Source of the DNA: an uncultured Candidatus Saccharibacteria bacterium
GTDB lineage: Bacteria; Patescibacteriota; Saccharimonadia; Saccharimonadales; JACQNP01
DNA length: 64,000 bases
Direction: 5' to 3'
Assembly (NCBI GenBank): GCA_964610775.1
Contig: CAZSZC010000001.1
Location: 60,017 to 124,016 of the forward strand
The notes under the pieces were generated by a model. That model was not told the DNA's origin. It saw only the letters and a list, made by a program, of their open reading frames with translations, and did not search any database. Of this stretch, positions 16,325 to 25,862 are shown one piece after another. How positions within the stretch are numbered: the first letter of the stretch is position 1; each line of letters begins with the position of its first letter. The translations under genes were made by a program, and so were the position numbers.

Positions 16325-17137
16325 ATGGCTAATAATTATTGGAGTGAGCGTAGCAAACCTTATGAGCCTGGTCAGGTAAAGCCTTTTAAGGTGAGCCGAA
16401 GTAAGATCGAGCTCTTTATGCAGTGCCCACGTTGTTTTTGGCTCGATGTACGACTTAAGATTAAGCGTCCTGATGGTCCACCGTTCAATATTAACAAAGC
16501 CATAGATGAGCTATTTAAAAAGGAATTTGATGCTCACCGTGCTGCCGGTACAAAGCATCCTCTACAAGAAAAGTTTAATATAGAAGCCAAGCCATACGCC
16601 CACAAAGATATTGATAAGTGGCGACACAATTTTACTGGAGTATTTACTGTCCACGGGCCAACAAACTTACATATATTTGGTGCGGTAGACGATGTATGGG
16701 TAAACGATAAGGACGAGCTCATAGTTGTCGACTATAAAGCGACCGCTAAAGCTGAACCTGTAAAAGCACTAGGTGCTGAGGGTACTTGGCATGATAGTTA
16801 TAGGCGGCAAATGGAGATCTACCAATGGTTATTGCGCCAAAACGGCTTCAAAGTTAGTGACACGGGTTATTTTGTCTATGCGACAGGTGACATGAACGCA
16901 GCTGAATTTAATGACGTAGTCCAGTTTAATACACATGTCTTTCCGCACAATGGTTCCGATGAATGGATTGAACCAGTAATAAAAAAGATGAAAGCTTGCA
17001 TGGATAGCGAAGTAATGCCAGATGTTGGTGTCGCGGCGATGGGTGGCGAGTGCGACTATTGCAATTATGCCAAGAGACGTACAGAATTAACGTTAGATCA
17101 TATAAATAAAACAAAATATGGAAGACAAAAAACTTAA
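16325..17137 (+). CDS. PD-(D/E)XK nuclease superfamily protein, Cas4-like Cys-cluster type
   Basis: QCPRCFW near the N-terminus and ECDYCNY near the C-terminus give four Cys. GAVDDV...LIVVDYKAT provides a D...D/E-x-K core, and QMEIYQWLL is a Q..Y motif. Confidence 0.6.
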   Translation: MANNYWSERSKPYEPGQVKPFKVSRSKIELFMQCPRCFWLDVRLKIKRPDGPPFNINKAIDELFKKEFDAHRAAGTKHPLQEKFNIEAKPYAHKDIDKWRHNFTGVFTVHGPTNLHIFGAVDDVWVNDKDELIVVDYKATAKAEPVKALGAEGTWHDSYRRQMEIYQWLLRQNGFKVSDTGYFVYATGDMNAAEFNDVVQFNTHVFPHNGSDEWIEPVIKKMKACMDSEVMPDVGVAAMGGECDYCNYAKRRTELTLDHINKTKYGRQKT

Positions 17138-18086
17138 TTCAATAGATTATAGGCCGCTTAACAATATGAATAGCGCCTGGTCGGAGACGTTGCGAAGCAT
17201 TTTTAAGGTACCACCTTATGTCTCTATAGTTATTCTTATTTTAGTTTCGTGTGTGGCGTTCTACTTTTTTGGTCAGTTTGCTATTATCGGCATAGTTCTA
17301 ATTTATGGTGGCATTTCGTCGCGTGTTTTGAAGCGTAAGGCGAAAATATGGCGTGATTTTGCAGCAGCTAATGGATGGTACGTAATTGAAAAAACCCAGG
17401 TAGACCCTTTATACATTCCGCCTGGTATTGCTGGTCAGGGTCATAGTGCAAAAATGGGTGACGTAGTTCATGCGCAGATTGACGATCATGAATGTGATGT
17501 ATTCATGTATCAATTCACGGTTGGTTCAGGCAAAAACAGTCAGACTCTCTTCTATACGGTTGCTAGAGTTGCCTTAGCTCGTCAGTTCCCACATATAGTT
17601 TTAGATAGTAAGGCGACGTTCTCGCTTCGAGACAAAACAGATGCAAAAGACACCGCCTCACTAGAAGGGGACTTTAATCAGTATTTTAATCTTTTCTACA
17701 GAAAAGACGACCAGATCAATGCTTTAAGTATAATCACGCCCGATGTCATGAAAACTCTTATTGAATATGATAAAAGCCAGGATATCGAAATAAGTGGTAG
17801 TTTTTTGTTTTTTATGGTTAATTCTGATCTTAGAACTGCAGCAGCATTACCGAGTCTATTTAAGTCGGTAGATGCTTTATCTGATGAAATAGCTCATAAG
17901 GCTGAGACTATTCAATATAAAACTAACGACACTCAAGCCGGCCTAGCGCTGGCACCAGTAGTTAATCAGTATATGAAAAGCGGCAATATGGTAATGGATG
18001 GTTTAGTAAAAACCCTAATACTCATATTGCTAATGCCAATAATATTTATGATATTTGTTGGTTTCGTTATTAACTTTGCTAACTGA
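17118..18086 (+). CDS. Membrane protein, hypothetical (DUF3137-like, tentative)
   Basis: Two N-terminal TMs, a soluble region with LEGDFNQYFNLF...ITPDVMKTLIEY, and a C-terminal TM. The family recollection is weak. A 20-nt overlap with the upstream gene means the start could be ATG 17166. Confidence 0.4.
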   Translation: MEDKKLNSIDYRPLNNMNSAWSETLRSIFKVPPYVSIVILILVSCVAFYFFGQFAIIGIVLIYGGISSRVLKRKAKIWRDFAAANGWYVIEKTQVDPLYIPPGIAGQGHSAKMGDVVHAQIDDHECDVFMYQFTVGSGKNSQTLFYTVARVALARQFPHIVLDSKATFSLRDKTDAKDTASLEGDFNQYFNLFYRKDDQINALSIITPDVMKTLIEYDKSQDIEISGSFLFFMVNSDLRTAAALPSLFKSVDALSDEIAHKAETIQYKTNDTQAGLALAPVVNQYMKSGNMVMDGLVKTLILILLMPIIFMIFVGFVINFAN

Positions 18087-18095
18087 TATCTAATT

Positions 18096-18878
18096 CTAGT
18101 TGGCTGGTTGTTCTTCTGTGGGCTGTGTATCTTGAATTGAGTCTGGATTAGCTTTTAGTTCAGTATTGCTCGATTGAAGATTTAGAATTTCCCACTTAGC
18201 AGTTGGTTTAGGTCTTTCTAGGATGATCCTTAGATAATAGTCATTATCGTTTACGATTGATTTATAGACTATAACACTCTGGGTTGAGTCTTTAACCTTT
18301 GGCTTATCGTGCCAGTGAGTAGAAAGTTCGAGTTTACCAGGATAGAAAGGGTGGATTTTTTCAATAACTTGATTGAGTTGTTCTTTTGTCGCCGAATCTT
18401 TAAAGCCGTTATTGGTCATGCTGTAGGCTTTATCAGTGTTTTTTGCTTGTATTGTTTCGGTAAAACGTCTTGCGGTACGAAGGTCAGCGCTAGCTGCAAG
18501 CTGGTTGTAGATGTATAAGTAACTACCACCAATTGCTATGACCAGACAAGCGGCGAAGACAGTACTTATTAGAACTACTTTAATAAATCTTCTGATTCGC
18601 GAGCTTTTTATTAGGTGTTTTCTCGGTTTTTTTACCTTCTTTGGCTTCTTGGTATTAGTAATTGGCTGTTGCGTGATAGGTTCGGGCTTTACAAATTGTG
18701 TCTTTGGTTCAATAGTCTGGGGTTGAGGTACCGTAGCTGAAGATTGTGGTTTATGGGGTGGTGCTTGCTGAGTAGGGGCTGGGGTTGGAGCTTGCTGTAA
18801 AGGTCTAGATTGATAACGGTCGAGCTGAGCCCGCTGTATTTTAACCCTTGGTCTATTTGGTCTTTCACCTGGACGCAC
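18096..18878 (-). CDS. Bitopic protein: P/Q-rich N-terminal region, single TM, extracytoplasmic globular domain
   Basis: N-terminus RPLQQAPTPAPTQQAPPHKPQSSATVPQPQTIEPK..., a basic stretch KKPKKVKKPRK, the TM VVLISTVFAACLVIAIGGSYLYIY, then a roughly 130-aa domain. Confidence 0.5.
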   Translation of the reverse strand: MRPGERPNRPRVKIQRAQLDRYQSRPLQQAPTPAPTQQAPPHKPQSSATVPQPQTIEPKTQFVKPEPITQQPITNTKKPKKVKKPRKHLIKSSRIRRFIKVVLISTVFAACLVIAIGGSYLYIYNQLAASADLRTARRFTETIQAKNTDKAYSMTNNGFKDSATKEQLNQVIEKIHPFYPGKLELSTHWHDKPKVKDSTQSVIVYKSIVNDNDYYLRIILERPKPTAKWEILNLQSSNTELKANPDSIQDTQPTEEQPAN

Positions 18879-18981
18879 TACATCTCCTATTGTTGCTTAT
18901 GTTATTTCATACTACCAAATATATTCATTAATTTGGAATCTCAACATGGCCGACTGGTGACATATCGCGTATAATATAAGT

Positions 18982-20283
18982 ATGATTGATATTCAGTACA
19001 TTAGAGATAATCCAGAGATTGTAAAACAAAAATCTGAGCAAAAAGGGTACTCAGTTGACATAGATGAATTGCTTAGACTTGATGTTGATCGGAAGAAGTT
19101 GCAAGCACAGGTTGAGGAAGTACGAACACGTAGGAACTCTCATGCTCAGACTATAAAGCAGCAGGGTAAGCCTACAGCCGAACAGATAAAATATGGTGCG
19201 GCAATTAAGGCCGAGATGGAGAGGGTTAATTCTGAACTTACAGATGTTGACTCGAAGTGGCTAGAGCTTTTGAAGCTTGTGCCAAATATGCCCCTCGACG
19301 ATGTTCCGGTGGGCAAGTCAGAGGATGAAAACGTCGTCACCAAAACGGTTGGCGAGCCAACGAAATTTGACTTTGAACCAAAAAATCATGCCCAAATTGC
19401 TGAGGCTAGGGGGTGGCTGGATAAGGAGCGTGCTGCCAAGGTCGCTGGATCCAGGTTTGCCTATATAAAAGGTGATTTGGTTAAGCTGCAGTTTGCCATC
19501 GTACAATTTATAATGGATAAGCTATCTGACAGAGATTTTTTACGTGAAGTTATCAGTGAAAATAACCTACAGGTTTCCGATAAGCCATTTATACCAATCT
19601 TGCCACCTTTCATGATAAGAACTGAGCTTTATGATGCTATGGACAGATTAGAGCCACGTGATGATAGGTATAAAATTGAAGATGAGGATTTATGGCTACA
19701 GGGTAGTGCAGAGCATGTTTTGGGTAGTATGCATGCCGATGAAATACTCAACGAAACTGAGTTACCCTTAAGATATATTGGTTATGCTTCGTCTTTTCGT
19801 CGCGAAGCTGGTACGTATGGAAAAGATATGGAAGGTATGTTCCGAATGCATCAGTTCGATAAATTGGAGATGGAGAGTCTGGGTTTTGGTGAGGCTGGCT
19901 TACAGGAGCACCTATTCCTGGTTGCGATTCAAGAAAAGATTATGCAAATGCTGGGTATTCCTTATGAGGTAATGAATAAATGCACGGCTGATATTGGTAA
20001 ACCGAATGCGCGTGGTGTTGATATTAACGCATGGCTACCTGGTCAACAAAAGTATCGCGAAACACACACTGCAGACTACATGACCGACTATCAGTCTAGG
20101 CGCCTGAAAACACGCGTTCGTCGTAGTGATGGCAATGTTGAGCTTGTGCATACAAATGATGCTACCGCTTTACCGCTTAGCCGTGGCCCGATTGCAATAA
20201 TAGAAAACTACCAGACAGAGAGTGGGACAGTAATAGTCCCCGACGTTTTGAAGCCGTACTTAAACAAAGGAGAATTGTCATGA
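18982..20283 (+). CDS. serS: Seryl-tRNA synthetase
   Basis: MIDIQYIRDNPE start, N-terminal coiled-coil arm, and class II motifs (FRREAGTYGKD..G..R.HQF.K.E; TADIG). Confidence 0.9.
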   Translation: MIDIQYIRDNPEIVKQKSEQKGYSVDIDELLRLDVDRKKLQAQVEEVRTRRNSHAQTIKQQGKPTAEQIKYGAAIKAEMERVNSELTDVDSKWLELLKLVPNMPLDDVPVGKSEDENVVTKTVGEPTKFDFEPKNHAQIAEARGWLDKERAAKVAGSRFAYIKGDLVKLQFAIVQFIMDKLSDRDFLREVISENNLQVSDKPFIPILPPFMIRTELYDAMDRLEPRDDRYKIEDEDLWLQGSAEHVLGSMHADEILNETELPLRYIGYASSFRREAGTYGKDMEGMFRMHQFDKLEMESLGFGEAGLQEHLFLVAIQEKIMQMLGIPYEVMNKCTADIGKPNARGVDINAWLPGQQKYRETHTADYMTDYQSRRLKTRVRRSDGNVELVHTNDATALPLSRGPIAIIENYQTESGTVIVPDVLKPYLNKGELS

Positions 20284-20651
20284 TCAAAAAACTAGAAATT
20301 AATGGTGTCCATACAGTTCTGAACGACGACTTAAAGAAGTACATAACTAAGAAGATTGGCAAGCTCGATAAATACTTACCAAGGGCAGCCCGCGAAAGTG
20401 CTCATGTTGAGGTTTTTGTGAAAGAGTCAAAAATCAAGAACAAAAAACAGTGTACTTGTGAAGTTGTATTGCACTTACCTAGTGACAATATTGTTATCAA
20501 AGAGAGTACGCTTAATATGTTTGCAGCTGTTGATATTGTTGAATCTAAGCTAAAAAATCAAATCAAGAAATACAAAGATTTGCATGGCGTGCGGGCTGGG
20601 CGAAAAGATACTATTGTTCGCCGAGCGTTTGGTAAAATCGTAAAACGATAA
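20280..20651 (+). CDS. hpf: Ribosome hibernation promoting factor / RaiA (short form)
   Basis: Shows the I.G......L..YI..K..KL.KY pattern and FAAVDIVESKL..QI.KYK, the YfiA/HPF fold signature. ATGA overlap with serS. Confidence 0.8.
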   Translation: MIKKLEINGVHTVLNDDLKKYITKKIGKLDKYLPRAARESAHVEVFVKESKIKNKKQCTCEVVLHLPSDNIVIKESTLNMFAAVDIVESKLKNQIKKYKDLHGVRAGRKDTIVRRAFGKIVKR

Positions 20652-20739
20652 ACTTTACAGTATAAAAATTGTCATAACACTAATGCTTGCAGGTGGCATT
20701 AGGTGGGCGTAAAGTTAATCCCAAATAAGGAGGCTGGAA

Positions 20740-21795
20740 GTGGAGCTAGGTCACGAAATTATAGAGGACAGGGAACCTGTGGTTTTTGATATCACTACTT
20801 TGCCTGAGGGATTTAATAAGGGGACTATTGATGAAATTCACGCGGCTTTTGTATTTGACCGAGTTGCTTTCGATGATGACTTACATACAGCTGTCGCTAG
20901 GCAACATGGCATAAATGAGCAGGGTGAATTAGATGTCAGGATGTTGGCAGCTACTGAGCATGTAGCTGATTATCTTAGAGATAAACAGGATCAGCCTATG
21001 ATATTGGTGGACACGGCGTTCGAGGAAAACAGTGAACGAGACTTTGTGTTTATGCATGGTTATATAGCTACAGTTGATAGTGTCGATGAACCCGTTGGTA
21101 TGGTTAGGGGCTCTAGGGATAACAGAAAGCAGTCTGGAATTGCGGTTACCGAGGGTTTCACTAGACTACATGGATATTGTGATCAGAATGGAAGTTACAG
21201 GTCACAATATCTCACCGACCAGGATGGAAGTACGGCCGTGCCACTTTCGAGTCGTGAAATTGTTATTGGGTGGCCGGGTAAAGACAGCCAGAGAGAAGAA
21301 TTGAGTTTCAGGCAAGAAATAGTAGCTGGACAAGATATAGTTCCATGGATTGAAACAACCTTTTCGGAGGATAATCGCTACACTTTCTATATGGATGTCG
21401 TGCAGTCGATTGTTCGGCACAGAAACTCAAGTAAAGATTTGAGCGTCCTTGATTGCTTGCTCGTAGAACCATATGTAACCCTTGCTAAGCGTGAGCGCGA
21501 CACCCTAAAAGATATTGAACAGACACTCAAAGGTTACGATTCAAAAGTTAATAACCTACGTAAAATGATTGATGGTGCAGTAGCTGAGGCCAATCTAACA
21601 CTTGGCGAATTAGATTCGCAGTACAGAGACATAAAAGGAGTAGTACCTCAATCATCAGGCAGTTATCCTTTACCAATTACAAGCCCTTTGGACTCACCTT
21701 ATGGTTCGCAACTAAAGGAGCGTCAATACGCTATTGATTGGTACCAAAATACTTTAGGGCCTCTCACTCTCCGGGCAGCTCAAAAAGAAGTTTAG
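20740..21795 (+). CDS. Hypothetical acidic protein (351 aa)
   Basis: GTG start 6 nt after a strong SD (AAGGAGG at 20727-20733). No recognisable motif. The C-terminal third has a coiled-coil character. Confidence 0.5.
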   Translation: MELGHEIIEDREPVVFDITTLPEGFNKGTIDEIHAAFVFDRVAFDDDLHTAVARQHGINEQGELDVRMLAATEHVADYLRDKQDQPMILVDTAFEENSERDFVFMHGYIATVDSVDEPVGMVRGSRDNRKQSGIAVTEGFTRLHGYCDQNGSYRSQYLTDQDGSTAVPLSSREIVIGWPGKDSQREELSFRQEIVAGQDIVPWIETTFSEDNRYTFYMDVVQSIVRHRNSSKDLSVLDCLLVEPYVTLAKRERDTLKDIEQTLKGYDSKVNNLRKMIDGAVAEANLTLGELDSQYRDIKGVVPQSSGSYPLPITSPLDSPYGSQLKERQYAIDWYQNTLGPLTLRAAQKEV

Positions 21796-21888
21796 ACTGT
21801 TGGTAAAATTACTGTGCACAATTGACCTCTATTAAGGTACAATAGGAGTATTATTTTGATCACAGTCAAATCTTAAAGAGGGAATTAG

Positions 21889-24492
21889 GTGAAGAAAGTA
21901 CTGAAACGGGTTTTGGGCGACCCACAAATCCGAACTATTAAGCGGCTTAAAAAGCGCGTTAAGGATATAAACGCACTAGGTCCTAAATATAAAAAGCTTT
22001 CCGATAAAAAGTTGGCTGAACAAACAGCTCTTCTGAAAAAAAGACTAGGGAAAGAATCATTAGATAAGATACTGCCAGACGCTTTCGCGGTCGTTCGCGA
22101 AGCTGCAACAAGGACACTTGGTCAGCGTCATTTCGATGTGCAGCTAATTGGTGGTATGGTGCTGCACGAAGGCAGTGTGGCTGAGATGAAGACCGGTGAG
22201 GGTAAAACACTAGTTGCCACCTTGCCAGTTTACCTAAACGCACTGACAGGCAAAGGTGTTCATGTCGTGACTGTTAACGACTATTTAGCTCAACTTCACG
22301 CTGGTTGGATGGGTCAAGTATATGATTTTCTAGGTCTTAGTACAGCTGTAATTATTGCCGACGAATCGTATATATACGATGCCTCATACACTAATAATGA
22401 TCACTACGATAAGCGCATGAAGCCGCTCAAGCCCTGTACTCGCCAAGAGGCATACAACGCCGATATAACCTATGGTACGAATAATGAATTTGGATTTGAT
22501 TACTTGCGAGACAACATGGTTCGTGAGGTTGATCAGTTGAGGCAAAGAGAACTGCATTATGCAATAGTAGACGAAGTAGACTCTATACTTATAGATGAAG
22601 CGAGGACACCGCTTATTATTTCAGCTCCATCTGTAACTAGTGGTAATGCCTATGCGCAGTTTAGCAAAGTAGTCCGGCAGCTTAAAAAAGACGACGACTA
22701 CGAAGTTGATGAAAAACGAAAATCAGTTGTTCTTACTGACGATGGTATTGAGCATGTTCAGAAGATTTTGGGTGTCGAAAGCTTATACGGAACAGAAAAT
22801 ATTCGAACAATTTATCACCTTGAACAGGCACTAAAGGCTCAGGCGCTATTTAAACGAGATAAAGATTACGTAGTTACCAGTGATGGCGAAGTCGTTATTG
22901 TGGATGAGTTTACCGGACGCCTTCTAAAGGGCAGACGATATAACGAAGGTCTACACCAAGCAATTGAGGCCAAAGAAGGTGTTGAAGTTCAAGAAGAGTC
23001 CATGACATTAGCCACTATTAGCTTTCAAAATTATTTCAGGTTATATGAAAAACTAGCAGGTATGACCGGAACAGCCCAAACCGAAAGCGAAGAGTTTCAC
23101 CAAATATACGAATTAGACGTTGTTGAAGTCCCATCAAATAAGCCATTGGCGCGTATTGATCAGGCTGACCGTATATATAAGACGGAAATGGGCAAGTTTA
23201 AGGCCATAGTGCGAGAAGTCCAAAAACTACATCATAAAGGCCAACCGGTTCTTATTGGAACAGTATCGATTGAGCGAAACGAAGTGTTAAGTGGGTTACT
23301 TAAAAAGGCTAAGATTCCACACCAAGTACTAAATGCTAAGAGTAATGAAAAAGAAGCGGCAATTATTGCTAAAGCTGGCGAAAAGGGAGCAGTAACATTA
23401 GCCACAAACATTGCTGGTCGTGGTACGGATATTATGCTCGAAGAAAGCGTTAGGAAGCTGGGTGGATTGTTTGTGCTTGGTTCCGAAAGACACGAATCCA
23501 GGCGCATAGATAATCAGTTGCGTGGTCGCGCTGGCCGTCAGGGTGATCCTGGTATGACACAGTTTTATGTTAGTACCGAAGATGACCTCATGCGTATTTT
23601 TGGTGGCGAAAGAATCGGGTCAATAATGGAACGCCTCGGTGTTGATGATGAAACGCCAATTGAAAATCGCGTAATCTCAAAGTCACTTGAAGCTGCTCAG
23701 AAAAAGGTTGAGGGCTATAACTTCGATGCTCGAAAAAATGTGGTCCAGTACGACGATGTCATGAACCGCCACCGTAAAGCTACCTATACTATGCGCAAAG
23801 AAATACTCATGCAGACCGATATTAAAAAGCGCATAAAGCTGTTTATACAAGAGGAAGTGAAGAGGTTAGCAAATTCACCACTACTCCTATCTGATAAGTT
23901 CGAAGAAGCTGTAACAAGTGTATTCCCGTTCGATGAGGATACCCTGGATAGGTTGTTTGATACTGAAGCAACGAAATTCGGTAAAGTACTAGAAACAGAA
24001 GCGTTAGAATTGTATGAATCTAGAGAGATGGCCTTTGGCGAAGAGGTTATGCGCAAGGTGGAAAGAGACATTTATCTCCAGATTCTCGACAATCTTTGGA
24101 TGCAACATTTAGAAAACATGGATCATATGAAGGAAGGTATTCATTGGATCTCTGTCGGACAACGCGATCCGCTTGTTGAGTATCGTCGTCAAGCACAACA
24201 CATGTTCGAAGAAATGCAGGAAAGTTTAAGACAAGAAGTCGTTAGAGCTGTGTTTAGTGCAGCGCCAGTAGATGAGGATGAGCTTGATGAGCCTATTGAG
24301 ACGGAGCTTACCAAAGCTGCTCGTAAGTCGGTAAGTAATGCGGATCAGATAATTGAAGCCGAAGAATTCCACGAAACAGACTTTATACCTCAACGCGTCG
24401 AACAAGCCGCAAATAAACAGGCGCATGACAAAATCAAAAAAGCTCGCAAGGCAGAGCGAAAGCGAAAAAAAGCAGGTAAGCGCCGTAAGTAG
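21889..24492 (+). CDS. secA: Preprotein translocase ATPase SecA (C-terminal zinc-finger tail replaced by Lys/Arg-rich tail)
   Basis: MKTGEGKTLVATLP (Walker A), IVDEVDSILIDEARTPLIIS, TNIAGRGTDI, LRGRAGRQGDPG. GTG start with SD. It ends ...KIKKARKAERKRKKAGKRRK with no Cys/His. Confidence 0.95.
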   Translation: MKKVLKRVLGDPQIRTIKRLKKRVKDINALGPKYKKLSDKKLAEQTALLKKRLGKESLDKILPDAFAVVREAATRTLGQRHFDVQLIGGMVLHEGSVAEMKTGEGKTLVATLPVYLNALTGKGVHVVTVNDYLAQLHAGWMGQVYDFLGLSTAVIIADESYIYDASYTNNDHYDKRMKPLKPCTRQEAYNADITYGTNNEFGFDYLRDNMVREVDQLRQRELHYAIVDEVDSILIDEARTPLIISAPSVTSGNAYAQFSKVVRQLKKDDDYEVDEKRKSVVLTDDGIEHVQKILGVESLYGTENIRTIYHLEQALKAQALFKRDKDYVVTSDGEVVIVDEFTGRLLKGRRYNEGLHQAIEAKEGVEVQEESMTLATISFQNYFRLYEKLAGMTGTAQTESEEFHQIYELDVVEVPSNKPLARIDQADRIYKTEMGKFKAIVREVQKLHHKGQPVLIGTVSIERNEVLSGLLKKAKIPHQVLNAKSNEKEAAIIAKAGEKGAVTLATNIAGRGTDIMLEESVRKLGGLFVLGSERHESRRIDNQLRGRAGRQGDPGMTQFYVSTEDDLMRIFGGERIGSIMERLGVDDETPIENRVISKSLEAAQKKVEGYNFDARKNVVQYDDVMNRHRKATYTMRKEILMQTDIKKRIKLFIQEEVKRLANSPLLLSDKFEEAVTSVFPFDEDTLDRLFDTEATKFGKVLETEALELYESREMAFGEEVMRKVERDIYLQILDNLWMQHLENMDHMKEGIHWISVGQRDPLVEYRRQAQHMFEEMQESLRQEVVRAVFSAAPVDEDELDEPIETELTKAARKSVSNADQIIEAEEFHETDFIPQRVEQAANKQAHDKIKKARKAERKRKKAGKRRK

Positions 24493-24507
24493 CGGTCATA
24501 TCAACAC

Positions 24508-25797
24508 ATGAAACACACAGTCAGTGAGGTTGATTTAAAAAATGGCGCCAAAGGTCTGTTTATTAATATTCCAGATGCAAGCGTCATGACCTTTGAAGTA
24601 AATTTTAGGGCCGGCGAATACCTTGTGTCGGAGGATAAGTGGGAAACGCCACATCTAATGGAGCATGTTCTGCTTGGCGCGAACGAATTAATACCAAAGG
24701 CTCGTTTATTCCAAGCTGAGTTTGAGAAAAACGGAGCATATAGCAATGCTAGCACTGGGACTTACGATATTAATTATGAAGCTGAGTGTGCTGATTTTGA
24801 ATGGGATCGCGTAGCAAGTATGTTGCTGACGGCAATCAGTAAACCACTTTTTTTACAGGAAGAGTTTGATGCTGAATATGGCAATGTAGTCGAGGAGCTT
24901 AACGCAAGATCGAATAACCATTTTCGACACTTAAGCTTAGCCCTAAGGGGGGAGTATGGCTACAAAGTTCTTACAGATCAAAAAAGATTAGAACTCATAG
25001 AGAACGTCAAACTAGATGACATAAAACAGCACTATGAGACCACTCATGTTTCTACCAATATGCGCTTCATAATCGCTGGCAAACTGAATCCAAAACGAAA
25101 AAAAATACTAACAGAACTACTTGATAATATTGAGCTGCCTCGTGGCAACAAGCGTTTTATTTTACCCAACGAAACCCCAAAATCACTCAAGAAGCCACTA
25201 TATTTGCATAATAATACAATTGATAACATGTATTTTTACATAGACACTTTTATGCGTAGAAAAATGACCAATGAGGAATCCGATGCCCTAAGCCTTATCA
25301 ATACTATGCTAACGGAGACGCTGTATTCGCGAATATTGGGTGAAGCGCGCGAACATGGCTTGGTATATCATATGAGTTCCGGAATCGGTCAATCAAAGTC
25401 TAGTGCAAACTGGTGGTTTGGTGCACAAATCATGCCCAAGAATGCAGAGAGGCTATTTTCGATAATTAATAGGGAATTAACCAAAGTGTTTGATGCTGAT
25501 ATTTCAAAAAACGATATTGTAGCAGCTAAGCAGTATTCACTTGGTCGTTATCAACGTAGTGGCCAGACAGTTTCTGGTGTTGCAGCTGGTTATGCCAACA
25601 GATATTTTTTCGATGGTTACATCGAAGATTATTATCAATTTCCAGAACGCATCGAGGCGGTTGATAGAGATAAAATTGTTGAGATATCAAAAAACTTATT
25701 CCGAGAAAATGTATGGGGTATGGGAGTTTTAGGTAGTTGCGGTAACGAGTTTGTCGATAATCTTGTCCCAGATATAGAATCTCTCTGGCTAGATTGA
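24508..25797 (+). CDS. M16 (pitrilysin/insulinase-like) zinc peptidase
   Basis: Inverted zinc motif H-L-M-E-H (PHLMEHVLLG), a downstream E in EFEKNGAY.NA.T, and a two-domain length of 429 aa. Confidence 0.75.
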   Translation: MKHTVSEVDLKNGAKGLFINIPDASVMTFEVNFRAGEYLVSEDKWETPHLMEHVLLGANELIPKARLFQAEFEKNGAYSNASTGTYDINYEAECADFEWDRVASMLLTAISKPLFLQEEFDAEYGNVVEELNARSNNHFRHLSLALRGEYGYKVLTDQKRLELIENVKLDDIKQHYETTHVSTNMRFIIAGKLNPKRKKILTELLDNIELPRGNKRFILPNETPKSLKKPLYLHNNTIDNMYFYIDTFMRRKMTNEESDALSLINTMLTETLYSRILGEAREHGLVYHMSSGIGQSKSSANWWFGAQIMPKNAERLFSIINRELTKVFDADISKNDIVAAKQYSLGRYQRSGQTVSGVAAGYANRYFFDGYIEDYYQFPERIEAVDRDKIVEISKNLFRENVWGMGVLGSCGNEFVDNLVPDIESLWLD

Positions 25798-25862
25798 TAT
25801 TACTGCTTATGTTAGTATTCTCTTAATACATAAGTTAATAGTCTAAAAACATAAATAATAAT

